Below are positions 38,972-52,257 of a stretch of 64,000 nucleotides of DNA, one piece after another. How positions within the stretch are numbered: the first letter of the stretch is position 1; every line of letters begins with the position of its first letter. The translations under genes were made by a program, and so were the position numbers. Under the pieces are notes generated by a model. It searched no databases. It was not told the DNA's origin and saw only the letters and a program-made list of their open reading frames with translations. Location of the stretch: contig NC_087437.1 of NCBI RefSeq assembly GCF_036321535.1, forward strand, positions 91,390,001 through 91,454,000. Direction: 5' to 3'. This stretch comes from Camelus dromedarius. Its lineage: Eukaryota.

Positions 38972-41900
38972 CAAAATCTAAGATATTCACAGACAAAAAT
39001 GAATCATTAAACATTGAAATAATCCTCTCAAGATATTCTTAAATTAGATGCATGCATAGAGAAAATGGTTGGATTAAATTACTTTAAGATCACTTCCACA
39101 TCTGTAATCCTGTCATGTTGTGAACAATAACTTCAAATCATAAGGATTTCTTTTTCTGAGTATAAGCATCAGCTGAAACTGAAAACATTAAGATTTTACC
39201 CCAAATAGTATCTTTCTTTGCTCCCAAACACCTCACTTGCCAAAGGGACATCTACCTTAGTCATCTGAGTAGTGGCCAGTATGGAGAGTGGCAACCTGTG
39301 AAGTAATCAAAACCCTGTGTTACTCAGACCAGACCTTTTCTGTAAATACTGTTTCTTTGAGAGGATTTGTCTCTCGTGCATAAACTACAGACTAAAATGC
39401 TCTATCTCTTGATTTCCAGTTTAGGTTTCTTTTAAGTGGAGGTGGGTCTTCATGATTCTTGACACTTTCAAAGCAAATTTAGTGGAAAATAAATCTGAAT
39501 TATAATACTTACCTTCCCAGACTCAGTATTTTCACCCACACTATGTCAGGAAATTATCCAGCTTCTCAATTTTGTAGATCATTTCTAAAAACTCAACTGT
39601 TTGCATAATATCAGTGTTCTCTTCCTTTTCACATTCATATTTAATGGATTTACATAATATTTATTTGAACTAAATAATTGCTATAAAAATATGCCTGATA
39701 AAATAATTTTTGTGGAATAGACACAACTATGATATGTAACAACTAATAGGTGTAAATAGAATGTGGATTATAATAGAGAGGAGTCAAATATCCATTAGTG
39801 TGTTTAGCTTACATTTCAGTTAGTAGTTTAAAGAGGGAATTTAATCATCAGTTAATAGGGCAAGACACTTAAGTGGAAGCCATGTAAGAAATCTCCTTTT
39901 GCATTTTTGTGAAATATAGTAATATAATTTTTAAAATACAATGTTACTACATACAAAAGTATAATGCTAAGAACCAAAAAAACTGGGAGAGGAATTTACT
40001 TAGTGTAAATAGTAATTACTTAGTAACAAGATACTTATATTGACTTAAACTATAAGAAAATTTAAAAACTGACTCCAAATCAACAGAACACTTTATTTTA
40101 ATAAAGGAAGCTATTATATATGTAGTTAAATAGTCATTGAAAAAACAGTATGTAAAATATTTGACAGATTGATCAAAGGGAGTTAGTCATAGACACAGAT
40201 TAAGTTATTAATTCAGTAACTTCTTAATATTAATTTAGGAAAATTATTTGAAAATTAATTTGCATTATTCTAAAAATTGCCTTGGCATATGCATGTGAAC
40301 TAACGATAGATATATGTCTAAACAATAGGGTCAGATCATTTATGGGTGATATTGTATTAACACTTTACTAATGATATGGTTTAAAAGCTAAATAGATGTT
40401 ACTGAAATGTATAGTTGTAACAAAGCCTAGAAAATATGTTTTACTTTAAAAAGAGGAATTAATTCCAATATAATTGAAAAAAGCAAAATTACTTTCTTGG
40501 AAGAAAAAAATGAAAACCATTAAAAAATATAATCAAAGTAGATGTGTTTAATCATGTGGGGAGTTTAGATTGAGAGTAAAGCACAAATCAAGGCAGTATT
40601 TACAATTCTTTTCTTTGATGAGACCCACCACCACAATTCTACACACACACACACATCAAAGTATTTGTTGCAACAGATTTCCATTTAACATACTGGCATT
40701 AGGACATTTAAAGATAATCCCAATTAGCTGCATTACTACAGTTTCCTAAACTTAGGAACACTTATATTCTACTTTTTCTTTTTCAAATTTTTTGTTATCT
40801 TGCACCCTTAAATATATTACCCCAAAATCCTTGAAGAGAGTATTTTTATTTTAATTACAGCAATTAAGAGATTATGTAAAATGTGAAATGCATACTAATT
40901 ATGCCATCTATGATTAGAAGGAAACATAAAAAACTCAGTAATACACCTAAATAGTGTAGAAATAGAAAAGATAACTGACATGATGATGGGTGTAGGAAGA
41001 AATCTAAGAGATATGAAATGAAATGGAAAGAATAAAATTAAAAGCAAAGTATCAAAGAGCATTAAAACTTATCACTAATCTATTGTTACTGAAGCTTCTC
41101 CTTTGAGAAGAAATAGAACTTTTATTACTGGCTAGATAGCTAAAGTTTGACAGGTATTAAGAATTGTGCTGAAGGGAATAGCTTGTCTTTGGTCCAATCA
41201 TTTGCAATAAAAAGGGAGCTTTATAATCTGAAACATATTATGCATTTCTAACTTGGGCAATCATTTGATATCAATGACTTGATTACAATTTTCATATAAA
41301 ATGTAATGTGATATATGAATGCAGGCATGCTGTGACAAAGTGTCTTAAGTATCTGAATACGTCAGAAGGTAGGCTGAATATTTTGTGAGAAAAGAATTCC
41401 ACATTATGCATCTCTTAAAATCAAGTATTAAAAAATGTATAGGACTTCTGATTAGTATACTCTCTTACTTATATATTACCATAAGGTATATTATTTGTAT
41501 TCAGTTTAATATAAATACAAACTCAAAGAATGGAAACATTGCAAATTCAGGTAATAAAAAAAATCCAGCTTGAACAAAAAGTTATCCTCAAAGGAATGAT
41601 ACAAATTAATTTACCTGAAAGATCATAGTGAGTAAATAAAGAACTTAGCCTTTAGTGTATAAATTATAAAGTTTCTATAGAGAAAAAGAACAAAAGTCTG
41701 AATGAAAATTACAGAGTTAAAAAATCAGAAACAGTGCTCTAAAATTGAACCAGTGATGCTTTATAAAAAAAAGAATATTGAACAAGGACACTCTGTGAAG
41801 ATGTTACCTCTTTAGAAGTCATATTTGTTTTACCGTATTCAAGTATTAATTAAAGTACTTTAAGGAATGAAACAGAAGATAAAAACTTCATCAAAACATC

Positions 41901-41999
41901 CAAAATATAGCCCATTAATCAATCTATTTGAAATATTGATGATGAATTTTTATCAATAAAAGTAAATTGAAATGTGAATCTCCTGTGGCATCCGACATC

Positions 42000-43320
42000 A
42001 AAGGATGATGATCCTTTCTAACAACTGACTCCTGTTTTTGTTGTTTACCTTATGTAGTTCTATGACCCTGAATCTAATCATTTATTGACCTGGTCAGGCT
42101 ATTCAGCCTTTTGGATATACCACTTTGTACTCTTCCTCGTCTCGTCAAATCCCAGTTTTTTTCTTAGCTGGCTTAGATTCCACTGTCCACCATGATAATC
42201 ACCCAATCAACAGCTTCTTTGTCTCTTACCCCAACCATTTTACTTTGGCAAAAATGCAGCCGAATTTAATAGATTACTCCTCTTCACCCAGATCAAGAGA
42301 AAAAATATAAATCTATACTGACTGTCTACTAAAAATTTATGTCCGTACACATTCAAGTGGGCTAAGAGATCAGAAGCTTATACATATTTCTTAGTTCTTG
42401 GGTAGTTTTACTCTTTTATCTGACTCTTGAAAACCTTTCTCATTCTCCAGCCTCCTACATATATATATCCTCCCTAATTACTCTTAAGTATTCACCTTTA
42501 TTCTTGATTCACTAAAAGACTAAAGACAATAAACCTGAAAACTGTAGAAACAATCTTTTTTCCCATATTCTCATCATTAAGTCTACCAACAGAACTGTGC
42601 CTGCCATCCATTTACTTTGTCTTCTGTTAAAGTAATGAACCTTCCCTATTTTTAACCAAAGCCTACTCCTTAACATTTCCCTCTTTTCTGTATTATTTCC
42701 ATGAGCTTATACAACATAATATCAGTCATGTTTAAACCAAAACATTTCTTGAAACTACTTCCTCCCCTAAAATCTGTCCTATTCCTTTATTCACCTTAGC
42801 ACTAAAATTCTGCGAAAGGATGGTATTAACAGGTGATTGTTCTCTCCATTTTCTTTAATCTCACTTTTATACATCTATGCCCATCAGGCTTTCATCTCAC
42901 CATTCTATCAAAACAGTTCTTGCCAATATCACAAATTACCTTCACAAGCTAAATTTATGATAAATTCTTACTCAATTTGTCTGCAGCATTTGATACTGCT
43001 AACATACCTTTAAAAAAAAAACGTCTTCTTTGAATGCTGAGATGTCACTCAATCTTTTATCTCCTTCAAACTATACTTGCCTCCTCTTCTCAAATATATG
43101 TGCTTATTCATAGTCAGATTTTTCTAAACTGTTATATGTTCCATGGATCAATACTTGGTTCTCTACTGTGTCTAGATACACTCTTAATTATGTGACTTAG
43201 CCTTTTGGCATGAAACGCACTCTGTCTATGGATGACTCTTGAATTTTTATCTCCAGCTCAGACTTCTCTGAACTCCTGTCTCATATATTCAAACTCCTAC
43301 TCAACACTTAATCTAGATGT
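42000..43320 (+). mobile_element. L2 LINE ORF2 region, degenerate
   Basis: 'ccatcaggctttcatctcaccattctatcaaaacagttcttgccaatatcac...gcagcatttgatactgct', 'atggatgactcttgaatttttatctccagctcagacttctctgaactcc'. Confidence 0.75.
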
Positions 43321-43705
43321 TGTTTTAGTTTGAGTAAAGACCAAACTGTTGTAATAGGGATACCTCAAAATGCAGTTGTGTAAGTATATACAACTTTATT
43401 GTTTGCTCACATTGCAGTCTAAAGCTGAACAAGCAGACTGTGCTCCACGAGGTCAAATAAGGACACTGCTTCTAATTTTTTTCTTCAGAATCATCTTTTT
43501 TTCTTCAGTGTCATCCCCATGTGCATAGTCAAATCTGTGTCTCTGTCCTGTATAATTGCCAGTATGTAAGATATAAAAAAGAGGAGTACAATGAGAACAT
43601 TTGTATTTTAATACATAGGCTGGAAGTCACATATACCATTTCTTCATACATCTCTTAGTTATGTGATATCACCTATACTGAAAAGAGTATGGGCAAATTA
43701 CCTGA
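43321..43705 (-). mobile_element. Old MaLR LTR (MLT1K/L-like)
   Basis: 'tgttttagtt...actgttgtaata...ctttattgtttgctcacattgcagtc...ggctggaagtcacatataccatttc'. Confidence 0.55.
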
Positions 43706-43714
43706 AATATGGGT

Positions 43715-45815
43715 GTTTCAGGGATTATGATACCTACTAATAGTTAATTTGATTCAAAACTCCCACTGACAACAACTGGAAAAGCTGATCAAGATTTTTT
43801 TTTTAATTGAGGCATAATCAGTTTATAATGTTTTGTCAGTTTCTGGTGTATAGCACAATTTTTCAGTCACACATGAATATAGATATATTCATTTTCATAT
43901 CTTGATCAAGATTTTAAAAATATCTAACCAAAGGAATCAGAGTTAAGAGGGCAATAAAGAATGTGATGACAGGATTCAGGAAGAATATATATAGATTCAC
44001 AAAGGTGACTCTATAGCATTGAATATATATTTCTTCTGTGGGAGTCTTACAATTTCAAAATCAGATGCTAAGAATCAGATGCTAAGAAGCTAATTGAAAC
44101 TTTTGAGAATCTTGTAGGAATACAAGAAATACAAATAATTGGAGTCTAGTAACTTCAAATATGGGAAAATTATGAAATTCATTATGTCTAGTAGAGAATT
44201 TAAGGATCCAAAACTTAGTATTCAGTGGGAAGTAGTAGAGTTCATGGAGAGACTGATATCTAGTTTTAATTAATTTCAATCCTGAATCTGCTTTCAGGTG
44301 ATCTTGTATACCAGTGCTTAAGCAGCTTGCAACTAAAAAAATGTAAAGTCTCAAAAGAAAAATATCACACAAACCTCAGTTTTTGTCTATAATTTTAACT
44401 CCATATTTGAGAAAGACTCAAACCTGGTCCAAGAAGAAGAGGACCATATGAATGAAAAACAGAGATAATTCACAGATAAAAGAGATTCAGAAAGAGTTTT
44501 TTTATAAATAGCATTAATATGTTCCAGGATATAAAAGACTGAGAAAGTTGGTAGAGACTAGAAGCTATGAAACAGTAAATCAAAATTCTAGAACTGACAA
44601 AATAAAAATTCAGTGAATGTGTTCAGCAGCCAGGTACAGCTAGCTGAAGAGAGTATTGGTGAACTTGAAAATAGCAGAAGGAAATACTCATAATAAAATC
44701 TAGAAACACAAATAAATGAAAAATACAAATTGAAATACAATAAATAGAAAATAGGTGAATAATAGATTCAGACAATGCGTAGAATAAAAGGAAGAAGAGA
44801 ATAAAATTTTTCAGAGATAATAGTTGAGAATTCTTTAAAAATATAAAGAACATAAAGCCATAAACTCATGGACAGTGAAGAAATAATGAGAATTAGAAAA
44901 TATTTTGGCCTAATGATAATTAAATATTTTCTTAAAGGCTGATGGCACCTTTTAAAAACAATCTTAGAGGAAAATTGATAGTCTAAAATGTACACATTAA
45001 AAAATTTGAAAGAATGAAAATAATAAGTTAATTATTCTCCTCAGAAGTTAGTAATTAAAGGCAAATTTAACTCAAAGAAAGAATAACAGAATAATAGAAG
45101 AAAGAGAATGATAAAAAATTAATGAAAGATTATGGCAATAAAGAATCAAAAAACTGGAAGTTAGTACTTTCAAAAGACTAATAAAATAGTGAGACTGCCA
45201 ACAAGAGCGAGTATAACAGAAAAATATCAAAAACAAATAGGGAAACATTACTACACATTTTTTTCTGATATTAAAAAGACCACAAGAGAATATTAAAGGA
45301 AAGTTGTGCAAATATCATTGATAATTTAGATTAAATGAATGTATTCCCGGAAAAATACCAACATCAACACAAAAATATAAAGAATCCTATGTATGACAAA
45401 ATGAAATATTAAATCCAAAATCAACCTCAAAGAAAACATAAGACCCAGATGGCTTCACAGATAAATTCTATAAACAATAAAAATTCATTATTGTCAATAC
45501 TATGCAATATATCTAAATAAAGGTAAAAATATGGAACTTTCCCCAGTTTCTTTTATGATGCCAGAACAACCTGGATTCTAAAATTTTAGAAGAATATTTT
45601 GAGAAAGGAGAATTATATATATGAGTTTTATTCATAAAAATATTAGATAATATTTAAAATATTATATTTAATAATATATTTTATAAGTAATATCTTATGA
45701 CCAGATTGGATTTATTCCATCATTAAAATATTTTAAAATATCAATAGATCTAATTTGCCATATTTACAGAGTAAAGCAAGTATAGCATATATTCATATGT
45801 TTATATTCAAAAATT
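43715..45815 (+). mobile_element. Old L1 (L1ME/L1M5-like): 5' region, ORF1 and ORF2 pieces with internal deletions
   Basis: ORF1-like 'gctgaagagagtattggtgaacttgaaaatag'. ORF2-like 'cttagaggaaaattgatag', 'agacccagatggcttcacagataaattcta', 'atgaccagattggatttattcca'. Confidence 0.75.
43799..43902 (-). mobile_element. Severely 5'-truncated L1 3' end (about 104 bp) with 13-bp TSD
   Basis: PolyT followed by 'aattgaggcataatcagtttataatgtt...tttctggtgtatagca'. Perfect TSD tgatcaagatttt at 43786-43798 and 43903-43915. Confidence 0.85.
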
Positions 45816-45829
45816 ATGTACAGGAAAGA

Positions 45830-46000
45830 TGGACCAGGACTGGGATTGAATAGGGACAAACTGGAACCTTTGGGGAAAAACTGGAACTCACCATGGTCTC
45901 TTACCACATCTAAATTTCCAGCTTTGAAGGTATGGGTAGGCTCCAGCAGAAATTGGTCATTATCATGGGACTGAAAATGCACTGAAGAGTCAGGCTGTTG
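45830..46000. mobile_element. LTR78-like ancient ERV LTR fragment
   Basis: Duplicated 'acaaactggaacc...aaaactggaactc', then 'ggtctcttaccacatct...ctccagcagaaattgg'. This follows the LTR78 layout as I recall it. Confidence 0.5.
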
Positions 46001-47569
46001 GTGCAAATTTGCACCTGGGATCAACATCCACATACTAGAGATGTCATTGACTGTTGCCCACTTTGGAATTCATATACACCATTTTTATTTTCTCTAATGT
46101 CGCTTGATCCCAGACTCATCCTATTCCCTAGTTTCCCACACTAAATTGGATCATCAAAGCATTCTTGATTTATAGAAGAACTTATTGAAGATTAGAAGGG
46201 TATATTGGGAGGATATATGTGGAACAAATTGGTTTTTAGTCACGCCCTTTTTTTATATAATTTTAAGATAATAGAATTAAATGGTAAAACCTGCCTGGAA
46301 AAGAAAACAGAACAAATGTTAACAAACTGATGTAAGTTAGAATGTCAGAGGGGTAGGTAAAAGTTGAAAAAGGACTGAGAAATCTACAGCTCAGCATATA
46401 TGGTGATAAAAATACTGTAAAATACGAAGTTATTCTGATTGATAGATCTGAGCTAAAATACCAACTATAAGTAATAACACATGAGAATGAGAAAAAATAG
46501 GATTATTAAAATTTGTCTTAATTTATCAGTCATGTCCCAAACTGATTTTCCCTCTCTACACACAGCAACTATATATATTTTTTTCCAAGCTAGAACATTT
46601 TAAAATTTTTATTTGTCCAAGAGAAAAGTCTACACTATGCTGAAACCCAGGGGCTCTCCAGTGTTAAGAATAATTCCCTATCTGGTCACTTAAACGAGAT
46701 TTCAGAACAAGGTGAAGGCTAGAGTAGGGCAATGAAGCACCTAAGGTATAAAATTTAATAAGATAATCATTTTCATGTTTGCACAAGTGCAACTTTCCTA
46801 TGGTTAGTATTTATATAATGTTACTTTTTACATCCTTTTATTTATACACCATATGCTTGGGTCTTGGTTATTTATTCAGCCTAAATGTCTCTCCCTTTTA
46901 ATTGCAGTATTTATTATGTAATTATTGATGGTTGGCTTTAATTTACAATTGTGTTCTTTTCCTCTTCTGTCTGTAGTTGCTTTTTTTGTCTTTTCCCTCC
47001 CTCTTTTGGCTAATTGAATATTTTTTAAAATATCTCCAATATACATTCACTGGTTGTTAAAAATGTGACAGGCTTTTTCTGGATACTTAAAAAGGAAAAC
47101 ATAAGCAAAATATGGTTTCCACGATTGCGAAGTTTTCAGAGTATATCAGCAGTATAATGCATTGAGTGTCATGCCGCTAGAGGAGGCAGGTTTGCATGGA
47201 AGGAGTGAAAAGTTAAAAAAAAACAAAAAACAAAAAAAAACCCAAAAGCCCACTTCTTTTCTGAGTGATGTCTAAAGGGAATCTTGAAGGTTTAATAATA
47301 ATAGAAGATCCTTAAAAGTATAACAACCAACATGAGCGAGCATATTTTTGGGTTTGTTTTTGTTTTGTTTTGTTTTGTTTTTTGTCTCTCTCTATGCTTT
47401 CAGAAGATCGCATTTTTTCTGAATGAGATTGCATGGTTTTATATGTTCCGGTCTCAAGCACACAATCCATGCATCTTTTAATTTATCTTTGATTATTCTC
47501 TTACACTTTCTAATTATTAAAATCAAATAGATCATTCTCTATCTTTTCATTGTTGGAACTCTGTGCCCA

Positions 47570-47731
47570 TTTAGACTTATGTTGCAGAGCAGTTTTAAGT
47601 TCACAGCAAAACTGAGCAGAAGGTACTGAGATTTCCCATATGCCCTCTGCCTCCACACATGCATAACTTTCTCTGATATCCACATTCCCCACCCGAGTGG
47701 TTCATTTGTTACAATTCATGAAGTTACATTG
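47570..47731 (-). mobile_element. L1MC1/2-like extreme 3' end
   Basis: 'gagcagttttaagttcacagcaaaactgagcagaaggtac...gatttcccatatgccctctgcc...catttgttacaatt'. Confidence 0.85.
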
Positions 47732-48394
47732 TAATAATATTTTCTGAGTGCTTATGCTATACATATACTGAGTTCTAGCATATAGTACATCCTACTCTTA
47801 CATCTTAAATATCTGTTCTTGAAAAGATTTGCAATATGATGACATTCTAAAAAAGCTATCTGAATATATAAGTACATAAGAAAATATTTCTCAGGAGCTG
47901 TACACCATACTATTCCAGTGTTCCACAACGAAAGATATTTCCAGTCATTATCATATATTTACACAAATTTCAGCTTCATGAAGTGATAATGAAGCACTGA
48001 CTCATCACCACAGAACGTATCGGAGGGATTTACTCTCCTCCTCACTGTAAGCTACTGTATATTAAAGCACAGGGAATCAACGTGTTCCTTGACAGACTGT
48101 TTTAAAACCTATTTTTAGAAATGCAAGAAAGGTTAGAGAAAATTTTTATTCAGTTATGTAAGTTTGTGAACCACCATTAAAAAAAATCTTTCTCACTAGA
48201 TAGGTGTTTTCTATTTCTCATAACTTTAATTAAAAGGTAACTTCTAAGCACCATTTTCTTTGCAACACTCTAAAGAGATGTTTTTAATGACACATTAATT
48301 AGAAAAGTATTCACTTAAATTTGGAGATAAAATGTAGTATCATCAAAGAAGATATTTTGAAAATATTTGGCATGTATACTCTTACATACATTCT

Positions 48395-48572
48395 GTACTC
48401 ATACAACCATTCTTTTTCACTCTCAGTACAGTACTTAATAAATGACATGAGACATTCAACACTTTGTATAAAATAGGCTTTGTGTTAGATGACTTTGCCC
48501 AACTATAGACTCATGTCAGTGTTCTCTGAGCACATTTAAGGTGGGCAAGGCTAAACTATAATGTTTTGTAGG
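48395..48572. mobile_element. Tigger4 (Zombi)-like TcMar DNA transposon fragment
   Basis: 'catacaaccattctttttcactctcagtacagta...ataaaataggctttgtgttagatgactttgcccaact...gagcacatttaaggt'. Confidence 0.85.
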
Positions 48573-49765
48573 GGAGAAGATTTTTCAAGAAGGGGAGGAA
48601 GCTTAGATGCAGAAAAAAATTTGTGTCACACAAAATTGGGAGAGTCACCATTGCCAGTTTCTAGTGGCACTTGTTAAAAGTGTCTTAGGCTCTTGACAAT
48701 TCTATCAAAGCCATACAAATAACTCTAACTATATTAACCACTGAAATGTGGAAACAAAGATTTCCTATGTTAATCACATTAGTGGTCTCTCTTTTAGGCA
48801 GTCACGGTTAGTAAAGCAGAGGCTCATCTATTGATCTCCCTAAAGAGCCAAATCAGAGAAATAATCTCAGAAATGTCTTTTTGAATTCTCAGCAAACAAA
48901 ATTAATTCTGCTACATTTAGTATTTGGAGATGTAAATATTGATTAGTATTCACATTACCTTGAAATTACTCATTGATGTGAAGTTGGACCATGAATATAC
49001 AAGGCTCTGAGAAGAGATTATGTGTTGTTCATAGAGGAAGTTCTAAGCTTCTACTGGGCAAAGATTTCCAAGTTAAAATCTATGTGGACTCCAAATTTTC
49101 AAATCATAAATCAACCCATTCTTAAAAATTGGATTGAATTCTTGCTGGGACAAGGGAGAGAGACAAGCAAAATTACAGCCTCTCACCAAACAAAGGAAGA
49201 AACAGGGCTTTGGCCTTGGGAGAAAGGGGGAGTCTAAGTAGAACATAAATGAAGCGGTGTTTTGATTGGCTCAAAGTAAAGCAGGACTGTGTGTAAAGAG
49301 GGTAGTCTGAGGCCTGGGCTAGGAATTGGATCAGAATTCTAAGCCTTGGAAACCATGGAGTTAACATAAATGTGGGTCCATGTTGAGTTTTAAAATTTCT
49401 TACCCCAATCTTTTCACCTGTTTGAATTTTGTGTCCCATCCCTGTAGACAAAGTGATTTTAGATCAGAAGGTTTTTAGGAGTCTGTCCATGATGTGAATT
49501 AATCAAAGCAATTTTTACTGGTTGACATATGTTAGTCTAAGTTCAATTTCTGGAACTATATTCATCAAAGTCTTTGTATTTTGGTAGGTTTTTTTGTTTT
49601 TTTTTTTTTTGTTTGGTTGGTTTTTTTTGCTGTTATCACTTGATACAGACCTCTTGCTATGGGTTTGAACATTCCTGTAACATCTGCAGAAATCTGAGGG
49701 CACTTGTGCTTAGTGGCACAATGTCATTTAGACTGCCATTAGGTAGTTAAGGAACTTACCTACCT

Positions 49766-49869
49766 GTGTGTGCACAGGCGCGCACATGTTTTAATGGAGG
49801 TGCTGGGGATTGTACCCAGGACCTTCAGCATGCCTGAGTACGCACTCTACCACCTAGCTACACCACCCC
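49766..49869 (-). mobile_element. Camelid tRNA-Ala-derived SINE (Vic-1-like), older copy
   Basis: 'ggaggtgctggggattgtacccaggacc...gcactctaccacctagctacaccacccc' is the antisense SINE head. Confidence 0.85.
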
Positions 49870-50787
49870 TATCTTGTGTTTTTTTCCTCCACAAAGACAC
49901 ATCTCAAGCAAAATTGAATACAAGTAAGATTTTAATGGTTTAGATTTATTTACACTGCAGCAGTGATCACCGTGGGTCTGAACAGTGCAGTGTCATGTTC
50001 CACAGGAGCTCAGGTTTGTAGGTATACTATTTTTTTTTAATCTATTTGACCATGATTTTATTTAAGTGTGCTCAGCAGGTAAACAATCCTTTCTCTTCCT
50101 CCCTCTCTCTGCCTTTTTTTAATCACACTTTCCCCCGCTCTTTTTGCTCTTGAAAACTCCACCTTATTTAGTATTAGCTCTTTGTAGAGAGGGCTCCTTC
50201 ATTAAAATTTTTTATCACAGTGGAAAGCTTTTCATTGATGGAACATGATAAAATTTGCTTACAGCATCAATGAAATAGAAATATTTGAATTCAGTTGGTT
50301 TAGTGTCTGCTCTATCCCAGAGAGACACCAAAGAAATGATCAATTATAATCCTGCTGTTTTTCATCAATGAAAGAATGTAGACGTAAGTCAAAAGAGAGC
50401 TATAACAATTCATTATTGAGAAATGACCCATTGTTTATTTCTTCAAAGTCTTACTATTTTACATACTCATTTTCACAGATCTTTATCATCATCTTCATTA
50501 CACACATTTGTCTTCCTCACTGAGTCCCTTCCATTTATTTCCATTTTCAACTGGCTTTTTATTCATTTTGTATTCATCAATTTCTGTCTCTTTGTTTACT
50601 GCTATATGCTGAGAGTCTCAGATCATTTGAGAAACATGGTAGGTGTATGATATTCAATAAACAGCTATGTATTTCAATAAAACCAATAAGGAATATCTCA
50701 TAAATAAAGGAAAGAGGAAAGTTCCAGAGACAAAGAGTAGAAAAAACACAGATTTTGAAGCTAGATAGTGTCATTAAAATCTTCAAT

Positions 50788-50935
50788 CCTTCTGTTCCTC
50801 ATTTGAAAAACAGAATGATATATGTATCAGGCATGGATATAATGAAAATCAAATGAAATGGTATACAAAAAATAGCTGACAAACTGGTATACTTTGCTTA
50901 GTTAATCTGGTAATGAACAACACAATAAATACAAT
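50788..50935 (+). mobile_element. MIR core fragment
   Basis: 'ctgttcctcatttgaaaaacagaatgata...tgaaaatcaaatgaaatggtatac'. Confidence 0.55.
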
Positions 50936-51089
50936 AACAGCAAAATATAATATAATTTACCCATAATGCCAGTACTTAGATACGACATTTTAAAGTTTCC
51001 ATCTCTCTTAATTTTCCTGTAAGTATGTATTTTTGGTTGGCAGAAAGCATTCTCTAAGCAAAATATTCTTCACTTAAAATTGTAAGTGT

Positions 51090-51264
51090 TGGGGGAGGGT
51101 ATAGCTCAAGTGATAGAGTGCATGCTTAGCATGCATGAGGTCCTAGGTTCAATCCCCAGTACCTCCTCTGAAAATAAATAATAAAACCTATTTACCTCCC
51201 CCTGTCAAAAAACAAGTGATAATAAAATAATACAGTAATGAATAAATTTTAAAAATTAAAAAAA
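51090..51264 (+). mobile_element. Camelid tRNA-Ala-derived SINE (Vic-1-like), full length with 15-bp TSD
   Basis: Head GGGGGAGGGTATAGCTCAAGTGATAGAGTGCATGCTTAGCATGCATGAGGTCCTAGGTTCAATCCCCAGTACCTCC with A and B boxes, 'aaacctatttacctcccc' block, A-rich tail. TSD taaaattgtaagtgt (51075-51089) / taaaattttaagtgt (51265-51279). Confidence 0.95.
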
Positions 51265-52257
51265 TAAAATTTTAAGTGTATACTTAAGATATTTTTTAAT
51301 ATTCAAGATATATACTATAAAAACTTACTGGAAATTAGGAAATGCATAATTTTTATCATAAAATAAGTATTATTTTATGAAATGTTTTCTTCTGACAAAA
51401 GAGCATAAGAACGTCTATTTTTTGCAATGTGTACGTTTTAAATATAAGTTGCAGAAATTTTCCTAATGAGAAAACTTGCATTACTCATTTTTTAGTATTT
51501 TGGAAATATTTCAAATATTATTGCATATCTGTATTGCATTTGTGAATAGTCTGTATCTTTTGCCAAAAAGTTTTTCCATATATTTGTATGTGCCCAGTAC
51601 ATTAAAAATAGTAACCTTTTATCATAGTTTGATTAAAATAATTTTAGTTTATTGACTATATTGTAATTAAATTTTCAATATTTAGAAAATTACATTATAT
51701 GCAGTTGCATCTATTTATAACTCTTATTCTTTGTTATGTATCCCATGCATTTAAATATCCACAGCTCATACCCAAAGTTCAGGTTTTCTAAAATTTAACT
51801 TTATACTTTACTTTAAATATATTTTGATGCATAACATGAAGAGAAGATTTGATTTGTTTGCTTTTAACTACAAAATATTTTCATGTCCATATTGAAGCAT
51901 AATATGTCAAATGCCATTTCTTTTATTACAGTTTTCTGTAGTGGTTTTAAGTTTAATTTCACACTGCAATTAAATTTTAATCATAGGATTTATTTTGATT
52001 GTTAGAATGAGAGGAGGGCTTATTTTTGTTATCTTTACAATTACTATTTTTCCACATCACCTATGCCATCCATGCATTCTTTATTTTTTTACAATCATAT
52101 ATGTAAAAGGATACCAATATTTAATGCATTTTATATTCACTTTTTAGTGCAGTATTCAGAAATTGTAACAGTAATAATTAAAATAGCTAAGTAGTGTAGG
52201 ATAATAATAGTTTTGCCTACTTCAACTGGGAAGCTGCCTAATTAGACTCCCTATAAA

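Noticed and set aside
39506..39590. Minus-strand exon candidate with AAG|GTAAGT donor
   Set aside because: Weak pyrimidine tract and stops in all three frames.
51091..51166. Apparent tRNA-Ala(AGC) gene
   Set aside because: It is the head of a SINE. It is followed by the SINE body and A-rich tail, flanked by a 15-bp TSD, and two more copies lie nearby.
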